Source of the DNA: Takakia lepidozioides
Taxonomy: Eukaryota > Plantae > Bryophyta
Assembly (NCBI GenBank): GCA_030704615.1
Contig: JAKLZA010000053.1
Coordinates: 1 to 5,000 of the forward strand
Direction: 5' to 3'
Length of the DNA stretch: 5,000 nucleotides
Shown in pieces: positions 1 through 5,000 of the stretch (positions are counted from its first letter, which is position 1; every line of letters starts with the position of its first letter). The notes beneath the pieces are model-generated. The model was not told where the DNA came from. It saw nothing but the letters and a program-made list of their open reading frames with translations, and ran no database searches. The position numbers and the translations under genes are program-made.

Positions 1-720
1 TTCACCGTCTGAACAACTCTCTCTGCTAAGCCATCGGCCTCAGGATGATCCCGAGAAGTGGTGCGGTGGTCTATTAAGGCTTTATCACACAAAGCCTGAA
101 ACTCCCCCAAGAACTCTCTCCCTTGGTCCGTGAGTACCTCAGCTGGAGCACCAAATCGGCTAAGCACACGATCCAACAATGCATACGCAGCCCCCTCACT
201 AGCCTTGTCAGGCAATGGAACCAACTCAATCCACTTGGAGAAGTGCTCCACCATCACCAACACATATATGTGGTGGCGCATAGTCAGTGGCAACGGTCCT
301 GCGAAGTCAAGACTCCACCTGTAGCCCAATCCCATGATAGGTAAAGGATGCAACTGTGGTGTAGGGGCGTTAAACGAAGCACGCACCTTGTCACACACCA
401 TGCACCTAGCCACAAACTGTTGCACCTCTGTATGCATACCACGCCACCAATACTGCCCCTGCAGTAAACTGTGAGTGCGTCGCACTCCAAAATGCCCCAA
501 CTCCTCATGGGCATGCCGCACTAACCGTGCACGCTGTGTGGGTGAGGCACAATCCTCACCCGACCACCCTCCCACACTCGAAGTAGGTGTATCCCCTCCC
601 ACTTGAACCTCTTGGCTCGTTGCAGGATCCGATCCCTCTCCCTGGCAGTCACAATGGCTGCCGTGTCTCCCGTGCGGAGGTAGTCCAACACAGCCGAATC
701 CTCATGTATATCTCTGGAAA
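1..720 (-). CDS. Retrotransposon integrase (N-terminal region, HHCC zinc finger, rve catalytic core); 3' truncated by the window edge, one frameshift near 540
   Basis: Frame open from ~539 to 1: QRARLVRHAHEELGHFGVRRTHSLLQGQYWWRGMHTEVQQFVARCMVCDKVRASFNAPTPQLHPLPIMGLGYRWSLDFAGPLPLTMRHHIYVLVMVEHFSKWIELVPLPDKASEGAAYALLDRVLSRFGAPAEVLTDQGREFLGEFQALCDKALIDHRTTSRDHPEADGLAERVVQTV. Catalytic D at 306-308, D at 126-128, E at 21-23. Upstream part (DIHEDSAVLDYLRTG...RVRIVPHP) lies in ORF 521..736. Confidence 0.96.
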
Positions 721-899
721 CCACCTGGCTCATCACTAGCCTCAGGGTCCTCAGACACTCCGTCTACAGTCATCCCTGTTGTAGGTCCAATCTGACCTCC
801 CGATGCCAAGATACACAAAAATGCAGATGCGTGCCATCCCGACACCATCTCCTCGTCCGTCTCACCATGCCACCGAGCTCCAGTGTCATCCTACTGGCT

Positions 900-990
900 C
901 GTGCATGGATTGCGACTCAATCCATCGCATCCCTATTGACCAAACCCAGTCGATGCACAACCTGAACATGTCTCTCATGCTCATCCACCG
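900..990 (-). pseudogene. RNase H C-terminal remnant of pol
   Basis: Minus strand reads QVVHRLGLVNRDA/DGLSRNP (950-964 and 906-926, one 1-bp shift), matching the Ty3/Gypsy RNase H terminal motif (V.HRPG..N..ADGLSR.P). Confidence 0.8.
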
Positions 991-1449
991 TAGCACGAGA
1001 GGCAAAGCCAATTCCTGTAAGCCTCAGGAACCGCCGTATACGTCGTCTCTCTCCTCTAGTGACAATAGGTCCAATGTCAGGCTACCCAATTGTGCCCTTC
1101 GTAACTGCACCCTTAAGTCCAGCAGACTTAGAGGTAGAGGACGCATCCCGTGGTTGCTATGCCGCAACCTCTTGAGCAGTACTCCCCTCCTGCTCAGTCA
1201 ATGACAAGGCCTCATCCTGTCCCCATCATCTCATCTTGAGTGACCTCCTCAACCGAGAAGAATCCCAACCTCATCCATCACAGCCGCCTTGGCTGCCACT
1301 CCCTCTGAACCTCGAGCACCTCCCACGTGTGCCATGGATGCATGCCACCCCGTGGTCCTCACAATGCTCGCTCGCCCCCACTCACTGCCTTACCGTCTCG
1401 GTAGGCAGAGAGACCATTGAGGGAAGTGTACTCCGCACTCTATGTTGCT

Positions 1450-2420
1450 CAGCCAGAGCAAGCTGATAATCAGGTCAAGCATTGAGATCCATTGCTTGCC
1501 CCAACAACTTGACGACGTTGATGCCTCAGAAAGAGACGACACCCCGCCGTGGTACCAGTGGTAAAACCCATTGCCCGCTCACGCTCGTCAGCATTATGCT
1601 CCACTAACTGCTGCACTTAGCATCCTACAGGAGGCCAGGTCCACTATCCCGGAAAGCCTGCGATCCTGGGAAACTGAGCAGTGTAGGTAATGCTGCCCGT
1701 GGTTGACCACCTTGTTGACCACTGCCAAGGCAACGGTCATCGTGTCTCACACGCTGAGACTGCCTCCTGTTTCCAGAATGTTTCCACTGTGGAGATGTCT
1801 GGCCGCTGCACCCCATCAAATGCACGCTTGAGCAGTGCGGGTGGCATCAAGTTAGTCCACCATATAGCCGTGGACGATGAGCCTTTGACCCCAACTGTAG
1901 CTGCATCTAGTAACACTGCTGACCCAAGCCACGACCGGACTTATGCACACTGGCCATCACACCCTGGCCCGAGAATCTCCCATCAGGGGCACATTCTCCA
2001 AATGTATGCTGGAGATACAGCTTGATGAAGCTGCAAGTGGCGCAAAATCCGCACCCATCTCCCGAACAAGACCCGACCTCGATCTCGCAATCCATTGCCA
2101 TCGGCCCGGCTAAATGAATGCCCTTGGCAGGGCCACTTGCCACTACCAATCAATGGAGCCAAAACCCTCTCCAAATCCTGCGGCCCCCAGCAACGAAATG
2201 TCTGCTGGCAAGGCTTGTTGATATCCAGAATTGCAGACACCGCCAACAACTCAGGGTACCGTTGCACCAACTGAGCAACATGGCGAAGTGAACGCGTCGT
2301 GCAGTCTCATCCCTCTCCACATACATGTATGCCGAACTCGTACACCTGCCTGTTAACCCAGCAGCCAATCCGTGGCTGATCCCGCCAACCAAGTCCAGAA
2401 GATAAATTCCTTCATCCGGA
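1450..2420 (-). pseudogene. DNMT3-like C5 cytosine DNA methyltransferase domain within pol, multiply frameshifted
   Basis: Motifs in canonical order across frames: I LLDLVGGIS (~2375-2401); II YVERDE (2306-2323); IV WPCQGHS (2115-2135, catalytic Cys 2127-2129); VI ENVP (ENV at 1990-1998); VIII LDAATVG/SKAHRPRL/WWTNL (~1848-1910); IX ERERAMGFTTGTT (ERERAMGF at 1563-1586); X RRQ/LLGQAMDLN (~1481-1517). In-frame TAG at 1625-1627. Confidence 0.92.
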
Positions 2421-2446
2421 TACTGCCACACAATAGTGTGATGTCC

Positions 2447-2496
2447 AATGGAGACAACTGAGGTGGTCCTGAATGGAGACAACTGAGGTGGTCCTG
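2447..2496. repeat. Perfect tandem duplication, 2 x 25 bp (aatggagacaactgaggtggtcctg)
   Basis: Identical units at 2447-2471 and 2472-2496. Confidence 0.97.
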
Positions 2497-2799
2497 CTCT
2501 CCTGACGGTACAAAAGCCTCCACCCAGGCTTGTTGCACCCGTCGATCAGCATCCCGCTGCAAATCCTTGCTCGTGCCCCACAATGGAGTCTGAGCAACCA
2601 TGGTAGGCAACTCCGCCATACCATACATGTCATCCTGCTCTCCCGGAGGTGGCACATCCTCTGAATGAGCGTTGCCCTCAAGCAACTCTCTAGGCCAACT
2701 CACTGCCGCTGTGAATGCTGCTAGTGTCGGCATCTTGCCTCGCTGGGCAACCGCAACTCCTCCTATGAACGTCACAGGGAGCTGCACACGCCGGCCCTC

Positions 2800-3190
2800 C
2801 CCTTGACTGCCATGCAGGCCTATAGGAAGCTGACTCCTCCCAAAAATCCAGGGTGAAGCCCATGGGTACAACACTGCCCACCAACCAGGACATCGTATGA
2901 GACCGCGTCTGTCACAATGGCCTTGGCTCGCATCACTGAGCCATCTGTAGGGTGATCCGGCCGTAGTCTGATAGCCAACTCACGCCGTGTCATGCCCCGA
3001 GCCTGCTCCGATCCTCCCAGAGACGTCTGTATCTGGAAAGGACAAGGCTCCATATCCGCCTCCGTGAGGCCCAAGCCTGCAATAGCAGCTCTGCCCAGCA
3101 TCAATGGCTGAGCTCCCGAGTCCAACAAGACCCGCAGTGGCCGGTACCTCTTGCCTGCCGGTCCACTCAAACAGAAAATGCCATCCTGGT
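2800..3190 (-). pseudogene. Retropepsin-type aspartic protease domain (frameshifts near 2870 and 2810)
   Basis: RPLRVLLDSGAQPLML (DSG at 3114-3122), flap-like IQTSLGG, and YDVLVG (the ILG-type motif) in ORF 2820..3344; continues as PMGFTLDFWEESASYRPAW in another frame. Confidence 0.9.
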
Positions 3191-4080
3191 TGTCTAACAT
3201 GACAACTCCAGGTGTCACCATGGCGCGCTCAATGGCTGGCCTAGCTGGCAGCTCCATCAACCTGGCAGCTGCAGCTTGCCATGGCGCCGCCGTGGCAGTC
3301 TTGACCCTCAAATCCGAGGATCCCTCCGGCACTACACCTCCCACTATCTCCGCAGAAGATGAAGTAACCTCCCACTCTCACAGAGTGTAGCTGCCAGCCT
3401 GAACACCTCAGCTGGTCTTACCCCCGGCGTCGCAATCATGGTAGCCGAGAACAATGGAGCCTGGCACACAGATGTGGCCGCTCCTAGCAGCACACTAGCT
3501 GCCGTAGCCTTGGCAACACTAGGTAGTGGTGCTACCCGTGTAGCTCTCCCCAATGGCATAGTAACCTCCGCCTCGGTAACAGTCGGGCGAGAACTAGGTG
3601 CCATGGATGGCGTCGACACTGTCTCCGCCAATGTGAATGACTGAGGAAGCCTAGCCTGACGGCTTGCCTCCCCACGCTGTGGATCCAACTCCACCTCTGC
3701 ACCTCGTGGCTCAGGAACTCGTGCTGCTCCTCGAGTCACGGCTGCAGCAGACTCCACCTGCACTAGTGGTAGTGCTGCTCCACACATGAATCCCATGCCT
3801 CCCATATCTCCTCCCTCAGGAGCAGGAGGTGGACCATCCGGCCTTAGAGCCGGTACCACCTGAGCTGTAGCCATGGCAGCGAGCCTCTGCTCTAGCTGCT
3901 GAAGCCGGGTTGGCCATGCCTTGGTCAACACCCTGACCTCCGCGTCCTTGGCCATGTTGAGCTTGCCCTTGGCCTGCACCTTGTGACTGGCCACCTCGTC
4001 CTCTCTTGGGCTGCTCCACCTCGCCCCGGCCACCATTGTTCCCTGGAACTGGCCTGGGCGCAACAGGATGCAAAACCATA

Positions 4081-4122
4081 ACACTGGGCCTCTCCATGCC
4101 CGTGCTTGCCACAATGCCCACA
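4081..4122 (-). other. Gag nucleocapsid zinc knuckle CX2CX4HX4C
   Basis: CGHCGKHGHGEAQC in ORF 3925..4236. Confidence 0.93.
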
Positions 4123-4170
4123 CTGCAACTGTGCAGGCTGTGCATGTGCCGGCCCTTTGCCTCCCTCTGG

Positions 4171-4207
4171 ACAATCCTTCTTGACATGGGGTCCTCCATG
4201 TCCAACA
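4171..4207 (-). other. Disrupted first zinc knuckle
   Basis: tgt tgg aca t gga gga ccc cat gtc aag aag gat tgt = CWT-(shift)-GGPHVKKDC; restoring 2 nt gives CWTCGGPHVKKDC. Confidence 0.65.
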
Positions 4208-5000
4208 CACCACATCCGCCTGTTGTTGGCCTGCAAATGAAGGGAGAGACCCTTGCATCTAAGGTCCTCTCTGCCCTTCCCTGAGCTTCACCTGAGCCCC
4301 CTTGTTGCCTTGAGCACATTTGAGGTAGTGGTTGACTAGGAGCACCACTACCCCGTGGTGTCTCCTTAGCAAATCCCACCATGACCACCCGTTCCTCCAC
4401 CATGTTGAGCTCTATCCGCTCTGCCAGCAAAAACACATTTGCTAAGGTGGGTTGGGCCGTTTGTAGGAGAGTTGCATCCCGCACCCCTCTCAGTCATTGC
4501 TCCAATATATCATACCAGAATTTGACCGCCTGAGCTTCTGTAACCCCTTGGGTTACATTTATCAAGCGCCTCATGCGAGTGAAAGCCTCCCTCAAGCTCT
4601 CAGTAGGCTTCCGTTGGAACTCTTGCAAGCTCCGCAACTTCTCTGTCTTCACCCCTTGGTAGTTCCCTCTCAACTCTTCGAAGAACTCCACAACAGGGTT
4701 GAAGGCAGGCACGGGTACTGGTGCTGGTGCGGTAGTGGCTTGGGTGGACGTCGTAGCTACGGTACCACCAGTCCTACTAGTCCCACTGTTGCTTGCTAAA
4801 GCTGCCGGTGCAGCGGCAGGTGTAGCCACTGCCCTCGTGACTCATGCCCCTAGTGATGGAGACATAGTCGGGTGACCAGTACATCCTCCACTCCTCGATC
4901 TCAACCTCATGCCCCCGCCTGAACTCATGGTAATCATCCATAGGCGGCCCCTCAAGTGCTGAAACAGCCCCTTCCATGCCATGAAAGGCTAAATAGTTGT

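Larger units (their letters stand above)
1..5000 (-). mobile_element. Ty3/Gypsy-type LTR retrotransposon internal region carrying a DNMT3-like methyltransferase; degenerate, RT-deleted copy
   Basis: Collinear minus-strand Gag, CCHC knuckles, DSG protease, C5-MTase, RNase H tail and HHCC/DDE integrase. Integrase downstream of RNase H is the Ty3/Gypsy order. No LTRs within the window. Confidence 0.93.
4050..5000 (-). pseudogene. gag: gag (capsid-like retrotransposon Gag domain plus nucleocapsid); start is outside the window
   Basis: FFEELRGNYQGVKTEKLRSLQEFQRKPTESLREAFTRMRRL resembles the Gag major-homology-like Q...ES..E...R motif. It continues in the same frame past a TGA (4494-4496) into RDATLLQTAQPTLANVFLLAERIE, followed by two knuckles. 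Position upstream of protease fits. Confidence 0.85.

Noticed and set aside
1-740. Copia, DIRS or bacterial IS3-type element
   Set aside because: Integrase follows the RNase H tail and has an HHCC finger plus DDE core, with Gag and protease upstream; this fits Ty3/Gypsy.
1450-2420. Bacterial restriction-modification methyltransferase or host DNMT3/DRM gene
   Set aside because: No cognate endonuclease or operon context, no PWWP/ADD/UBA domains or evident introns, and it is flanked on both sides by co-oriented retrotransposon pol domains.
2447-2496. CRISPR-like repeat
   Set aside because: Only two directly adjacent units with no spacer, in a eukaryotic retroelement.
4485-4500. In-frame TGA (CAA TGA CTG) between two gag ORFs as a programmed readthrough site
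   Set aside because: It lies inside the capsid-like domain, upstream of the knuckles, not at the gag-pol boundary; mutation or error is more likely given the surrounding damage.
123-4799. Plus-strand ORFs in the track (e.g. 803..1204, 1690..2025, 4497..4799)
   Set aside because: Antisense shadows of GC-rich minus-strand coding sequence with no recognisable motifs.
1-5000. LTRs, primer-binding site, polypurine tract, chromodomain
   Set aside because: Coding sequence runs off both edges of the window; these features would lie outside it.

Overview
The whole window is the internal part of one degenerate Ty3/Gypsy-type LTR retrotransposon on the minus strand; no LTR is visible and both ends run off the window. 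Read 5'->3' on the minus strand, the domain order is Gag (capsid-like) - two zinc knuckles - long linker - aspartic protease (LLDSGAQ) - a full-length but heavily frameshifted DNMT3-like C5 cytosine methyltransferase domain - a short pre-RT remnant joined to the RNase H C-terminal tail - integrase (HHCC + DDE, open to the window edge and missed by the ORF track). The main result is a DNA methyltransferase embedded in the pol polyprotein between protease and the RT position. RT and most of RNase H appear to be missing from this copy. Many 1-2 bp frameshifts, concentrated in the DNMT region, could be real decay or long-read sequencing error. All domain calls come from manual translation and motif recognition, not database searches.
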